Source: Octopus sinensis
Lineage: Eukaryota
Assembly: GCF_006345805.1 (NCBI RefSeq)
Contig: NC_043003.1
Span: 44,082,001 to 44,146,000 of the forward strand
Length of the DNA stretch: 64,000 nt
Reading direction: 5' to 3'
Positions 28,106-42,608 of this stretch are shown one piece after another. The notes beneath the pieces were generated by a model, which saw nothing but the letters and a program-made list of their open reading frames with translations, was not told where the DNA came from and ran no database searches. Position 1 is the stretch's first letter; every line of letters starts with the position of its first letter. The position numbers and the translations under genes are program-made.

Positions 28106-28474
28106 CTGTGTGTGTGTGTGTCAGTGTGTGTGTAATTATATATATTTATGTATATACGAACACAAATATTTGGGGTCGAATCTATCAATTATTATTAAGG
28201 GAAATGGAAGCGATTTCCTTTTAGTGGGGTTAACATCCCTAAAATTAATTCAAATATATGACTTGAAATATGTTATACTAATAGAGTAGATTTCAAAATC
28301 TCATCAGCAATGTAAATGCATGTTTGTAATTCCTTGCGAAATTCAGTGGCATTGATCTTTCATTTTGAGAATCAGCATTAACAAAACCAACTGCATAATG
28401 CACAGTCCCTTTTAAATACCGTTACCATAAACATACTCAAAATATAACTGAAAACGCGAATCTGTAAAATATCT
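26614..28474. repeat. Direct duplication (26614-27173 / 27939-28474) enclosing an inverted copy of 32429-33296
   Basis: Compared by eye; the mirrored ORFs 27643..27825(-) and 32546..32728(+) agree. Confidence 0.9.
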
Positions 28475-28623
28475 GCAACCGTAAGGCCAAATAATGGAAG
28501 AATAGTAATATATACTTTGTACTTCATTTTTGATAATTTAAAAAAAAAATAATAATATATCATGCGAATATATAAAATGATATTTATCTCATTTTATCTC
28601 ATTTTCATTTAAAATATACAATA

Positions 28624-29310
28624 TACAGCATGCGATGGGTAAATAGTCATTCATCTCTATTTTAAAGTTCGTGCATGGGCGTTTTTTTGTTTTTGATTTT
28701 ATCGTCTACACACTATAGTAGAGTCACTTAGGCACCGTATTTGAGTAAATGGCACCATGACGCCATTCACCCAGCCAGAAATTTATAAACGACCTGCTGA
28801 ACTGCTTCGCATTCGCGCCAGATGCTCCAATACAAACCTTTCAGAGTGCTTGGGTGTCAATCTGTGGACAGTACAGAGGATTCGGAAAGAGTTGGATGAA
28901 TCTAACTTTGATTACTAAGGTTCGGCAACTCGGAAAACACACTCTGATGGTTCTTATAAGGAAAGAGCTGAATGTGTTGGTGAGACCCAAGTGATGATTG
29001 ACAACGAACCCTGCAAGTCAATCAGGTCTATCGCAAAGGACATGGGAGTGTTTGAATTTCTTATCAGGCAGGAAGTGCATGAAGACATTCGGTATTCTTC
29101 AAGATGAGAAACTGGCAAGTTGTTATCCCGACACATCAAGAAGAAGAGATCACGTTACGAATCTTTTGAACAAAGTGAAGCATCCCCTTCAACCGAACAT
29201 TGTCTTTTCCTCTGACGAGAAAAAATTCTGCTAGGATTAGATGATGAATGTAGATGATTTAGATCTCATATAGAAGCATTTTGGAAGCTGAAGGCGGCTG
29301 TATTGAATAA
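28624..29310 (+). mobile_element. Internally deleted Tc1/mariner-superfamily transposon
   Basis: HTH-like KSIRSIAKDMGV, first catalytic motif FSSDEKKF and C-terminal FRSHIEAFLEAEGG..E* type end. Confidence 0.7.
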
Positions 29311-29594
29311 TATTTTAGAAAAGAATGTTTATTTTTATCGAATTACAAACACACATACACACACACACACACACATATATATATAAGAAATAGTTAATAA
29401 TTAATTTGGACAAATAAATATAAGTCGATTAGTGTGTTTAAATGATGAGAAGAGCACATGCACAGTTTAGGCTACTTGTTGTCATCCGCTTTTGTGGTAC
29501 ACTACCGTTGGATCTACTTCAGGACTTCCGCAGTCGCACTTAGGGTAATACTAGAAATTAATAAGCGATGGAAATCGTATTACACTTTTAATGG

Positions 29595-29639
29595 GTATAA
29601 CATATGTTTCGACCCATCATTCTGGATCTCATCAGATAC
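29595..29639 (-). ncRNA. Minimal type I hammerhead ribozyme motif inside a TA-flanked element (29385-29806)
   Basis: gtat-CTGATGA-gatcca(gaatga)tgggtc-GAAA-catatg-TT-atac. Confidence 0.82.
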
Positions 29640-30583
29640 ATTGATAAAGATGTCTCACTACAGAATTTTAGTGTCGGCTGATTTGTTGTTATAGGCCCAG
29701 CAACTTGATGGCCATATAATAACAACAGAGACCCAGCCAGATAAGTCGAAACATATGTAGTACACACTAAACTTCTAATACGTCTTCCATCTCCTATCAA
29801 TTAATACTATATATATATATATATTATATATATATATATATATATAACATTTGTGAAAACCAGAGTTATCTGTTGGAATATAAATATTACAGATATATTA
29901 CTTTAGTGGCCTTAACACACGTTGAAGAAATTTTCTATTATTACAAGAAAAGATGTTTTATTCTATTCTAAAGAACTATTTGCGTAATTGTATTTGGCAA
30001 GGGTACGACAATATTACATTTTCTAAACGATGCACACATCTCAGCTTGCTGTATTAGTGCAGTCGTTAGGATGTTAAAAGTAAATAAATTGGTAATATTA
30101 CTTAGATTTTGTAGCTGAAATGGCAAAGAAATAGCTTTTGAATTAATTTTGCTGCCGAAAAGTTGTAAGTAGCTATACATCTAAGCATCTTACAGAAGAC
30201 CAATGCAAAGGTTGAATCTAAATTAATGGAAGGCTACGGACAAATGCCGTATATAACGTTATAAACGCTGTTATAACATCTTAAATGTCGGTGGTTGCAT
30301 TAAAATAATAAGTAAGCGTTCTAGAAACCATCGCAAAATATAAAAAAATATATAAATAGATATAAAAATAAAATCATAGCTTGTCAAAGTCGATTATTGA
30401 AATTGTATTTAGCAAAGTATAAAATATTCTTATTGCAGTGTGGGCAATTTATACTACTGAAAGTCTTTCTTTTCAGCACCTAACATGCAGATATAATTAA
30501 ATGGCGTTTAACGCAAATTGAAAACATAGATAGATATTCTCATTGGCATACACATACCTATAGAAATATACACAGACACACAT

Positions 30584-30622
<39 letters not shown>

Positions 30623-30724
30623 GTTTGTGTGTCTCTGTATGCATGCATATGGACATATTCTTTTATACGTTTCAGCCCAATTGTTGTGGCCATGCTTGAG
30701 GACTGCCATATATTTTATCTATCT

Positions 30725-30779
<55 letters not shown>

Positions 30780-32864
30780 ATATACACTAGCAGAGATACC
30801 TGGCGTTGACCGTGTTACATGCAATTGAAGAAATAGACTTTACTGTTATATTTTCTGTAATGAACTGGAATATCTATGTTTCGAATTTCATAAAATTGCA
30901 GATAAGGGTTATTTCCCTCTTTACACACCCTAAAATAATTGTAATCGTGCTACATGTATCTCATACTACTGATTTGTATGCGCATATTCCAAAATTCCAG
31001 TCTTATTGAACCTGCTAAAAGGATTTTGCTCCTGAAAAATGAAGGTCATGGAGTTCTAAAATGTGAGAATGAAGGCACTTGTTGGGGTTGGGTGTCTTAA
31101 TGTCAAGCAGAGAAGTTGAATTACTGAGAATATTTTTAACTTGGATCTTATATCTATTGTTTGAAATTCTTTAAAATAGGAAATATATGTTCACTGGGTT
31201 TGTAAAAGAGAGCAAAGCTACAGGAAATCAAAAGACGAATGATCACAATAAGCCATCAGCTACCCTACCCTAGTTGTTACGACGCCCAATGTAGGATTCC
31301 TCACCATGCAGGTGACAGGCACAGCCGTGAGATGCATTACGAATCTATAGCAATTGGAAGGGTGTGACTCAACTGAAATAAACATTAATAACTGTGTGAC
31401 GTGAGGGCTAGGGAAAAATGAAATTGTCACTCCTGCAGTTTGCAAATGACCACTATACTGATATGTAACTGGGCAGAATAAATTTACAATCTATGTCTTT
31501 GAATAACCAGTCACTTATCTGGGAAGGCCCATTTTGCCGAGCGTGAGAAAATCGGATCCATGAAATCATTTTGGAAATCTTTGAGATGAGAATGTTTGTG
31601 TGATTTTTAGTATGTTTCTCCTTAAGTATGAAAGTGTGTGTGTGTGTGTATGTGTGTGTGTGTGTGTGTGTGTGCGTGTGATTGCGCGCGTGTGTGTGTG
31701 CATATATTTGTGTTTGAGCCCGTGTCTGTGTGCACTATGTATCAGTTAAGTGAATACTCGCAGTTATTTTAGTAACTGTAATGAGGTCATCGTTAATATC
31801 TAGTGATGCTCCCATTTAGTTATAAATGGAAATTATTTAATTTAAATAAAACTTTATCGTTTATTTAAAATATTTTTTACACGTTTAATTTTGTTACAAT
31901 GTTTTTTATGAAATGTAGTTGTAAGTGATTTTTTTCCACTTATTTTCGTAAGCGTAATGCGAAAATTAATAAGATCAAGTGTTAATCTGGTTTGGTTCAT
32001 CTAGGTAATTAATTATGTTATTTAGCATTTTACGTGTTTTTATTGATATATTTTTACAGTAATTCTACAGTATTTTTACAGAATGCCTACAGTATTTTTA
32101 TAGTAATTTGTATCATCTCTTGTGCATTTGTAGAAAGGAAAGATCTTGAATCTGCTTTTTTCGCATATTTTCAGATATTTGCTCAGCCGAATTTAACGTA
32201 ATTATTTTTATCTGAAATGTCTCTGGACTCTTGCACGTTGGTAAAGGGAGATCGAGGATTCTCCTATATAAGTCTCTGTGCAATTAGTGTGATGATGGTG
32301 CTGCTGGGGAGATGTTCTTCAGTAGATTATATTCTGAGTCTTGCAGTTCATATTGGTATTTCTTCAGAAAGAGAATCCACTTTCGAATTTCAAATGTGAA
32401 CCAGTGATCAGGTATTGAATTTTTTATTGTTGCTACATATCCCATGTCTGCTGTGTATGGAGATTTCTGAATTATCCTCTGATGTAAATCTTGCTCTCGT
32501 GCAATTTTGGGGATTGATGCTTTGGTTGACGTTTAGCATTCTATTTTGAGATTTTCACCAACCAGTATTTCGTCTTTTGGCTTTGTAAAACTAAGTGTCA
32601 CTTTGTTTCCTTTAGTTTGGAATGTATATATAGTTACAGAGATATACATGCATAGCAAATACAACTACAGCGTGTTGGTTGTTTATAAGCCATTTAAACA
32701 CAAACAAAAACTGTTAGATTCAGTTTAACATTTACATTTAAGTTTCCAGAATGTTTCCGTCGTTCTGAAACAGTGACCTGGTCACTGACAAACTTACATG
32801 CTGCATCTCAGAAAGTAACATTTAGTTCATGATATGTATGTCTGTATGTATGTATGTATGTCTG

Positions 32865-32897
<33 letters not shown>

Positions 32898-33879
32898 CTG
32901 TATGTATGTATGTATGTATGTATGTACTGATGTCATTCAATAACAATCTGAAGGAGGCGTTCTCCTGAGGTTAAAAGTAGCATTCGCATCGCTCCCTACG
33001 CAACAGTGGCGATAAACATTGCTTAAATGTAAGTGTGTTTGTGTGTGTGTATGTGTGTGTGTGTGTGCATATGTGTGTGTGTGTATGTGTGTGTGTACGT
33101 GTGTGTACTTCTATGTATGTGAGACCTTCCCTTTCATGTTTGTCCCTTACAACCGCTGGAAAATCGACGGTGGTTTGTACACGTGCTGGCATCTCATCTT
33201 TTCGGAAAAGTGACTATTAGAATAAAGAAAAGTTTTAAAATAAATAAGTAATGGGGTCGATTGGTTCTAGTAAACCCTTCAGGATGTTGTCTAAGAATGG
33301 TCGCAGTCTTATGACTGAAGAAATAATAAGGTAAGAGAGTATAGTTTCGTTACCAAAAGATGAATCAACATACAAATATATCATTGATAGGGATCATATT
33401 TTCTCTTTTGACACAAGCCATGCGTATTTGTCAAACTCATATTTCTTATATTGTGAGCAATGAATATCAATGTAGTATTTAGAAATCTAAAGTTATTCTC
33501 ACTTTTAAAATATATGCGTTGTACACATACATGTATATATACATGTATATATATAACATACACGCATACATACTTACATACATGCATACATACATAGATA
33601 CTTAGATACATTGTATTTCATTCACCGTTTTACGTCCACCATATTTGTCTCTTTTTCCCAACCTTTCAAAAACAGTGTAAGCTCAAAACGTGAAATGACT
33701 TTCCTTTTCTTGTCCAATTTTCCCGAGAAAACCTTGATACGTTCTACTATTTGTTATGAACCAGGTCGTCGTTATACACACACGCGCGCGCTGACAGAGA
33801 CACATACACACACACATACGTACATACATACATACATATATACATACATACACACATACATACATACATACATACATAC

Positions 33880-35720
33880 ATACATACATACATACATGCG
33901 AGATTGAGTGTGGTGCAGAAAACTGTAATTGGCCACGTCGCTTATTTCTGGAAACATTGTAGATGGAACATGGTGTCTATTCCTTCTGTAGTACAGTTAT
34001 AGAATGTAATACTATCTGGTGTTCTTTTTTTCTATTGTATTTTTAGCAATTGCAGCATCATTATTCATTGCGCTCAGTAGGATAATACCCCTTTCTTCGG
34101 AACATATGATGTCAGTGTAACATCCTTCTGGAAACCAAAGAAACCTGTGTATTCCGTTGTGTATCTTGAAACGACAAACCGAGGGGGAAGTTCTATCTGT
34201 TTAACTGTTTACGTATAAAACTGATAAATGAAATTGTTGCGGGTTGTGCTTTCTCCGGCTTCAGTCGCAGCGGTAACGGAAAACTCACCATCTAAGTACG
34301 GATAAAACACACTCTGCACGATGTATTAATTACACTGTGTCTCATTATGCGTAATTGTTGTCGTGTCTCTTTGTGTACACGTGTGTGAATACATAACTTT
34401 TAACAAGGAAATGGAGGTATCACACATTATAATGTTCTACTAACATCAGAATATTTGAATTCATTCATTTTCTTTTATCAGTTGCTGAGCATCCAAAACA
34501 AAATCTCAAATGAGATTTATGCGTAGTAATTCTCCTAAGTAGGTAACGTTCTCTCCCGTGAGGCGCGTAGGCAGATGAGCTGATGATAAAGTAAGCAATA
34601 ACCTTAATTATGAATAATAAGACTACAGAATTAATACATCAGGAAGTATTACTTTACACTTTCATTTAGTTATTTTCCATCTACTGACACATAATTATGA
34701 TATACTTGAACGTGGGAGAGTAATATACTCTTATGTATATATGTGTATTTATCTTCGTGTATGTCTAAAAATGCCTACATACACACACATACATACATAC
34801 TACATACATACATACATGCGAGATTGAGTGTGGTGCAGAAAACTGTAATTGGCCACGTCGCTTATTTCTGGAAACATTGTAGATGGAACATGGTGTCTAT
34901 TCCTTCTGTAGTACAGTTATAGAATGTAATACTATCTGGTGTTCTTTTTTTCTATTGTATTTTTAGCAATTGCAGCATCATTATTCATTGCGCTCAGTAG
35001 GATAATACCCCTTTCTTCGGAACATATGATGTCAGTGTAACATCCTTCTGGAAACCAAAGAAACCTGTGTATTCCGTTGTGTATCTTGAAACGACAAACC
35101 GAGGGGGAAGTTCTATCTGTTTAACTGTTTACGTATAAAACTGATAAATGAATTGTTGCGGGTTGTGCTTTCTCCGGCTTCAGTCGCAGCGGTAACGGAA
35201 AACTCACCATCTAAGTACGGATAAAACACACTCTGCACGATGTATTAATTACACTGTGTCTCATTATGCGTAATTGTTGTCGTGTCTCTTTGTGTACACG
35301 TGTGTGAATACATAACTTTTAACAAGGAAATGGAGGTATCACACATTATAATGTTCTACTAACATCAGAATATTTGAATTCATTCATTTTCTTTTATCAG
35401 TTGCTGAGCATCCAAAACAAAATCTCAAATGAGATTTATGCGTAGTAATTCTCCTAAGTAGGTAACGTTCTCTCCCGTGAGGCGCGTAGGCAGATGAGCT
35501 GATGATAAAGTAAGCAATAACCTTAATTATGAATAATAAGACTACAGAATTAATACATCAGGAAGTATTACTTTACACTTTCATTTAGTTATTTTCCATC
35601 TACTGACACATAATTATGATATACTTGAACGTGGGAGAGTAATATACTCTTATGTATATATGTGTATTTATCTTCGTGTATGTCTAAAAATGCCTACATA
35701 CACACACATACATACATACA
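33880..35720. repeat. ~920-bp tandem duplication bounded by (TACA)n
   Basis: 33901 and 34821 start the same sequence; I saw only one 1-bp indel. Confidence 0.95.
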
Positions 35721-35830
35721 TACATACATACATTCATACATACAGGTATACATCCACAGACACACAGAGACGCACATATAAAAACACACAAACACGCACA
35801 CACACATATATCTGTTTTATCATGTATCTG

Positions 35831-38279
35831 TTAACCCTCCGCTGGTCCGTATCTGTATTTGTCATGGTTAGTGCGATGGTGAATGGAGAATCCCCACTCA
35901 TGGTTTTAGCTATTTTTAGTACTTTTTATTTCTTTATATGTATTTTTAAGCAATAATATTGTCAAAATCCTATTCTGATATAATGTATTTATTTAATATG
36001 TAAACAAACACAAACTTCTTAAAAGTGAAGGTGAAGCAAAATATAACTATGTTTCGTGGGGAGTGTTCTACTTTCATATTTATTATTTACTCGTTGTTTG
36101 CACTATCCTCCTCGTCATACTGAGCAAAGCAGCCAGTGCTCACGTGCGTAGCATGTTCCAAGTAGATATGCTTATAGTACTTCTGGCAGTAATTTCTTGT
36201 CTTACGATCTTTTGACCTTGGGCACAATGTGCATCGTTGTATGAAATTATCATGATGGCGTTTTGCAGGTAATTCCGTATATGATGAGAAATTTTGACTC
36301 TGATGGCCTCGACAACCAATGTTCACGTGTTTTATTCACAAAGACAGTAGCTGAAATAAACAAAACACTATACCGGAAGCAAGCTTCTTACCGTACAGCC
36401 ATGCCAGTATATTCACCAGGAATAAAGACTTTCTATTTACAAAATTTATGTCGTCACCGAATCCACATATGTATATAATAGTAGATATACACACATTCTT
36501 CCCCACTCGCAGATACAAATCATACAAATATTCACACACGAACACACACACACACCACACACACACACACACACACTTTCCTCAAATATGGGTTTGTCTT
36601 GCGATGATGGATATGGTCCTCCACCAACTTGAATCCCAATTATGTATTCAGTTCTGCCTCTTGAAACAACAAATTGAGGGGGAAGTTCTATTCTGTTCCT
36701 TCTCAGAGTGCCAACCAGCCAACTAATATTGATCTATAATTCCTCCAGAGATCACCAGCAAGTTTTTAACTTATGAACTAATTCTCCAGTATATTTATTC
36801 CAGATGCATTTATATGAATCCACCAATCGTTTTACCTATGCTGTCCCTGAATTATCTACTATAGAAGGGCCTTCTGGTTGTTCCCTCAAATAGACCTCCA
36901 TACATGACAAAGAAAGTTTCAGCATCTGCCAAAATAAATTTTCTTATGCCATATTTTGCTTTGTTAATTGGCATGAAGGCCCTGAATCGACAGTTTCCTC
37001 TAAAGTCAGCCAAAATCCAATCTATTCTCACATACACCGAGACAATATAATTAGCGATACAATTATCAACAAATTTCTCAAATAACTTTCTAAAAGTTGC
37101 AAACTTAACCCCTGACCTTTCAGTTTGGGTGTGGATGTCATCAAACCTCATGGACCTGAGCAGGAAACGGAATCACTGCAAGGGAAAATTTCATTTCCTG
37201 TAAGAACGGTTGACCTAACATCGTCCATATTCATTCGATTTGCTCTAAAAGCTCCTAACAGATAAAGCAGTCCTATTGCAGCTTTCAGCCGCTTTTCATA
37301 ATTATTTTTCTCTTTTTGACTAATCTTTACAATTTCTTTGTTTACTGTCAGTGTAGATATTACTGTGAGCTACTAATTCATTCAGAAGTTCTTCTGTGAG
37401 AAACAAACACCAGCAGTCCTCTGCAGCTTACACATGTTTCGCTGCTCCTTTGTGTACATTGTGTGCTGCAGGTGTAGATCGTGGAAGACTTGGGAGAACC
37501 TCTTCCTAGAGAGTTTTATTGTTTGGCATATAAACTATTTTACTGTGTCCCTGGTAGCCTGTTTTTTATCTGCATCATTAGCTTCATATGTTTCTTCTAA
37601 AGTATTATCTGGTGAGGTCTGCAACATGTCATCTGCTTCAGTTCCTCCCTTTTCATCTGTCATTTCTTCATCATCTGTTTGTTTCTTCCTCAGCTATACT
37701 CTCTCCTTCCCTTTTAGATTCTTCTTCATCTGGTTCTTTATCAAGAAATGATCCTGTTTCGTCTATATCTAATTCTCTCTCAACCATCTCTCTCATTTTT
37801 TCTATTTATCTTTCGTAGTCCATTGTGAATATGAGATGAAAGAACATTTCTCGCTTTTACGACACTTTTATTAATTAAACCCATTTCTCGAATTCCAATT
37901 CATTTTCGCTATAAAATATAGCCAGTAGGAAAAAGAAAGACTACTTTGAACGAATATGTTAGTCATTTGACAATATATAATTTTATACGAGAAATAATCA
38001 TCATTTCAGTTATAGAAATAACTAAGTGAAATACAAAATAATAAAGAAAAAAGGAAGTGAATTGCATGGTGGGGTATACACAACCCTAGAAACAAATAAC
38101 ACGTGAGTACACTTCTGATCACTAATAAATTAACTGAGCGGATGTAGTTCATTATCTCAGAGGAGTGTGCCAAGGAATTACATGGATGGAGAACACTATC
38201 ACGGCTGCCAGATGGAAGATACTCACATATAAACGTCACCTGGGGTATGAGTTACTCCACCGCATCACCGGAGGACTAA
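35831..38279 (-). mobile_element. piggyBac transposon relic
   Basis: Left end TTAA-ccctccgctgg; degenerate right TIR caccggagga-ctaa; transposase motifs RFDD and FRGNCRFRAFMPINKAKYGI; Cys-rich C-terminus RCTLCPRSKDRKTRNYC. Confidence 0.88.
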
Positions 38280-38299
38280 TTTTTTCAGCAATTAGATTG

Positions 38300-38528
38300 T
38301 GGCCTTGATGCAGCACCACCTTGAAGAATTAGATTCGAATGTATCAATCCGAGTATTTTTTAAAGCCAGATATTTGGGCTATCGAGCTCTTTTAACGAAC
38401 CGGTAAGTTATGGGGATATAAACACACCAACACACTGGTTGTCAAGTGATAGTGGCGGGTACAAAACAAACAAACACACACATACACACACGCACACATA
38501 CACATACGCACACACACACACACACACT

Positions 38529-38599
<71 letters not shown>

Positions 38600-38720
38600 T
38601 CCGGGCTTGTTTCAGTTTCCGTCTACCAAATCGACTCACTTTGGTCGGCCCGAAGCTATACTAGAAAACATTTGTACAAGTTGCTGGTCAATGGGACTGA
38701 ACACGGAACCATGTGGTTGT
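38300..38720 (-). mobile_element. SINE (family C), degenerate
   Basis: Blocks tttcagtttccgtctaccaaat and ttggtcggcccga. Confidence 0.75.
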
Positions 38721-38997
38721 AAAGCAAGATTCCTTATTTTATGAAATTGTCTATGAAAGCCTTACACAGAAAGGACAGCAGAAAGTGGGGATGAAAAGAA
38801 AAACGACGAATGACAAGAATGAATTAATATAATGACAGATGAAAAGAAGCCGTTTGGCCCCACCTCCGAGCAACTTCATTGAACCTGTTAATACAACTTT
38901 TTTAGAATACAATTATTTACAGTATCATTTACAACAATTAATCACCATTTTTTTTTACAATGTCTATAATGTATTTTTTGAATATATCTACATACAC

Positions 38998-39375
38998 AGG
39001 CGCAGGAGTAGCTGTGTGGTAAGTAGCTTCCTTACCAACCACATCGTTCCGGGTTTAGTCCCACTGCGTGGCACTTTGGGCAAGTGTCTTCTACTATAGC
39101 CTCGGGCCGACCAAAGCCTTGTGAGTGGATTTGGTAGACGGAAACTGAAAGAAGCCCGTAGTATATACATATATATATATGTATGTTTGTGTGTCTGTGT
39201 TTGTCCCCCTAGCAGTGCATGACAACCGATGCTGGTGTGTTGACGTCCCCGTCAACTAGCGGTTCGGCAAAAGAGACGGATAGAATAAGTACTGGGCTTA
39301 CAAAGAATAAGTCCCGCTGTCGACTAAAGGCGGTGCTCCAGCATGACCGCAGTAAAATGACTGAAACAGTAAAAG
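38998..39375 (+). mobile_element. tRNA-derived SINE (family C)
   Basis: Head ggcgcaggagtagctgtgtggtaag..ggtttagtccc; matches the minus copies at 58772 and 59953. Confidence 0.85.
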
Positions 39376-39383
39376 ACATACTT

Positions 39384-40800
39384 TATCCATACCGGCAATG
39401 TGCTGGTGTGTAATTTTTTGACCCACCACTTGCAGGCATAATTTTCCACATACTTATGTAATCTAAACACGTTCTCCGGGTCTGCCAACGCGCAGTGAAT
39501 GTTCTCGGGCAAACACCTTACTCCCGTTACATCCACTTTAATTACTCTGTTCCATGAGTCTACCTCATTGTACAGTTCTCCATTGTACAGTTTCACCATT
39601 ATACATTAGTATATATTTTTCTGTACAGGGCGGAGTTGTTTAAGTTTGAGGCTCCTGTATGTTTGCACTTGTTTTTATGTCAGGCAAGGTATGGGGAGGG
39701 TTGGTGTCTGTAGGGAGTCATTTGGCTAGAGTGGGTGTGAGTGAGGCCCGAGTGGCTCTGGGTTGGGGTTCATCCTTTACCAAATGTGTCCTCTTTTTAT
39801 TTTCTCTTCTCTTTTTTCTGCCATTTTCCAGCTGATATTCGCCTCCTCTTCCTCAACGCTTGTACATATTTTCGTTTGTGATGCAACATCACTTTCTTTT
39901 TCTTCCACAGGCAGTGGAATACCAACCATTTTTGCACTCTGTCACTCCTTAACCTTTTCTAGTGGTGGAGGACAATCCGCTCAAATGTAGCCTTTCAGGT
40001 CACATTTATAACACCGCGGAACCCTCTCTTCCACTCTGACTTTCAATATTGTCTCTCCTACTGTGATGGTCTCGATCATCTTTTCTATAGTTTCTTCCGC
40101 CAGTTGCACCACCATCTAAGGGTGTATCCCTTCCAGTTCCTATGTGGTGTTCTGGTGGCCAGGAGGACCACCACCTTCTCCTTCATGCCCAGCAGTCTGG
40201 CAGCAGCCAGGTTACATCCACATCCCTACGTCCTTCCAACCTTGAAACACGTCTCCCGTGTGTAGAAGAACCCCTTCATCTTCTTTCAGTGTTGATGCTG
40301 AGTGCAGCCAAGCGGTAGCTACCTTTCCGAACTGCACCTCCACCTTTTCAAACTTTTTCCTCTGGCAACGTAGGAAATCCTCTGCCAGATTGATCTCAGT
40401 GCCTTTTGTATTTGAGCCATTGAACTGATCTCGATCTTCTTTGCTGCCACAGAGAATGTTTGCTAAATTATTGTCATTTCTATTGCTTCCTTTAACACTC
40501 CTTTGGTGGAGAACACATTCACTTCGTTTCCCTCCCTTTTAAGCATTTCCTTGAACTGTCGCTGCAGCATAACTCCTTACTTCCATTGCTTCGTCTATCG
40601 TATTTAGACACTCCATCATTTCTTTCTCAGACAACACAAAGTACGAAGAAGGACAGTTTACAACTCCTGAAGCAGAATAATTCAAACATTAGCAACTCCT
40701 CACTCGACGACTCTCCATTAAACAAGAGGAAAAAAACGTGGCACCGCCAAGACAACCAAAAAACACGTGTTATTCACAAAGACAGCAGCTGAACTAAGCA
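39384..40800 (-). mobile_element. Degenerate LINE 5' region (ORF1 with zinc knuckle; L1/Tx1-like)
   Basis: Minus strand ~39965-40030 gives PRCYKCDLKGYI*ADCP, a decayed CX2CX4HX4C; boundaries approximate. Confidence 0.55.
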
Positions 40801-41096
40801 AAACGCTATACCGGAAGCTAGCTTCTTCCCAGCACAGCCATGGGAATGAAGACTTACAGTACTATTTACAAAATTTCAATCGTCACCGTTAGCAAATTCA
40901 TGCAGAATCCGCATATATATTATTGTTCATATACACACACTATTCCCCACACACAGATAAAATCATACACATATTCACACACAAACACACATACCCCCCT
41001 CACACACACAGACACATATATATATATACACACATATATATATAACTATAAATATAGAATGGTGACAACAATGCACCGATATTTACAGTAAGTTGC

Positions 41097-41632
41097 AGTC
41101 GATAATTTACGAAGATATGATAAAGCTTCACTGTATATACTGAGAAAGAAGTGTGCGGCTGGCGAGCATAAGAAATGTTATCTTACCTGTAGGAAGATCA
41201 TCAGATAAATGTCCAACTCAGTTGTGGATAATCTAGGACCTAAGTTTCAAACTTTCACAAGAGCAAAATTTCAAATGTTGCCACATCAATGCCAGTATTA
41301 TCGCCTGAACACCTAGCCGCTAACAGGAGCGAGAACAGTGAAAAAGTTTTCAAAGAAAAGATTTAACATACAGCAATACAAGAGTATTGTTTTCTCGTAA
41401 AAAAAGCACCATGCAGAAAAGTATAAATATAGATATGGAATGGTGGTACAACAATATACCAGTATTTACTGGAAATAACAGTCGATAATATGCGACGCTA
41501 TAATAAAGTTTCACTGTGTATAGTGGCAAAGATGTGTGCGGGAGGTGAACATAAGAAATTTCATCTTGTAGGAAAAACATCAAATAAATGTCCAACCAAT
41601 GTGTGGATTATCTAATGCCTAGGTTTCAAACT
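41097..41632. repeat. Old diverged direct repeat (~155 bp, spacing ~385)
   Basis: agtcgataat...gtttcaaact at ~41097-41252 and ~41480-41632. Confidence 0.7.
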
Positions 41633-41790
41633 CTTCGAGATACCTTTGTTAACGTAAACTTGATTAGTTTCCTTCAGCTAGATATGCCAGAACAAAATTA
41701 AAATAGTGCAAGTAAAATAAAGCATCATGCGGTTAAAGTATAAATATATGCGTGTGTGTTTGTGTAGGTGTATATATATATATATATATA

Positions 41791-42020
41791 TTTCTTTACT
41801 ACCCACAAAGGGCTAAACATAGAAGGGACAAACAAGGACAGACAAACGGATTAAGTCGATTATATCGACCCCAGTGCGAAACTGGTACTTTATTTATCGA
41901 CCCCGAAAGGATGAAAGGCAAAGTCGACCTCGGCGGAATTTGAACTCAGAACGTAACGACAGACGAAATACCGCGAAGCATTTCGCCCGGCGCGCTAACG
42001 TTTCTGCCAGCTCGCCGCCC
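41791..42020 (-). mobile_element. SINE (family D)
   Basis: Head ggcggcgagctggcagaaacgttagc and B-box-like gttcaaattcc; homologues at 44950-45300, 46200-47180 and 47413-47795. Confidence 0.85.
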
Positions 42021-42343
42021 AGTGTTCCAACCACTAACCCAGGACACTAACCCAAGTATTTTCCCGTCCCCGTGCATACATACGTCCACACATGCACATA
42101 TATACATATTATCGGATGGATGTTCACTACTCATGGAATCTTCTGCGTTTGACAGGTATTATTTTCCGTTCTGCAGGGTGTCCAACATTCATTCTTTTCA
42201 CTAAGCAATCTTGATGGGTTTCCAGTTTAGTCGCCGACGATCTCACCATGCAACAAGATGTCCTGGGTTACATGTTACCAGTTTCTCCCAACAGAGACTT
42301 GATATCCATGCCCATTATATGTATGTGTGTGTCTATGTCTGTA

Positions 42344-42413
<70 letters not shown>

Positions 42414-42500
42414 TATTAGAGACAAAACCACTATTTTGCAAAACAAACAAGGAAAGACTTAATCAATACATAAAATTTTAATAAATAGTCAAAAAAACCG

Positions 42501-42543
42501 CCACTACAATTGTTTCTTGTCTTGATCGACAATCTTCAGGTGG
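42501..42543 (-). ncRNA. Minimal type I hammerhead ribozyme motif
   Basis: Reverse complement of 42609-42651. Confidence 0.87.
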
Positions 42544-42608
42544 ACTTCCAATAAGTCAGTTTCAAATTATGAAATAACTTCATAATTTGAAACTGACTTA
42601 TTGGAAGT

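Noticed and set aside
30786-31600. Possible Helitron-like or other DNA-element end after (TA)n
   Set aside because: No second terminus or coding motif could be verified by eye.
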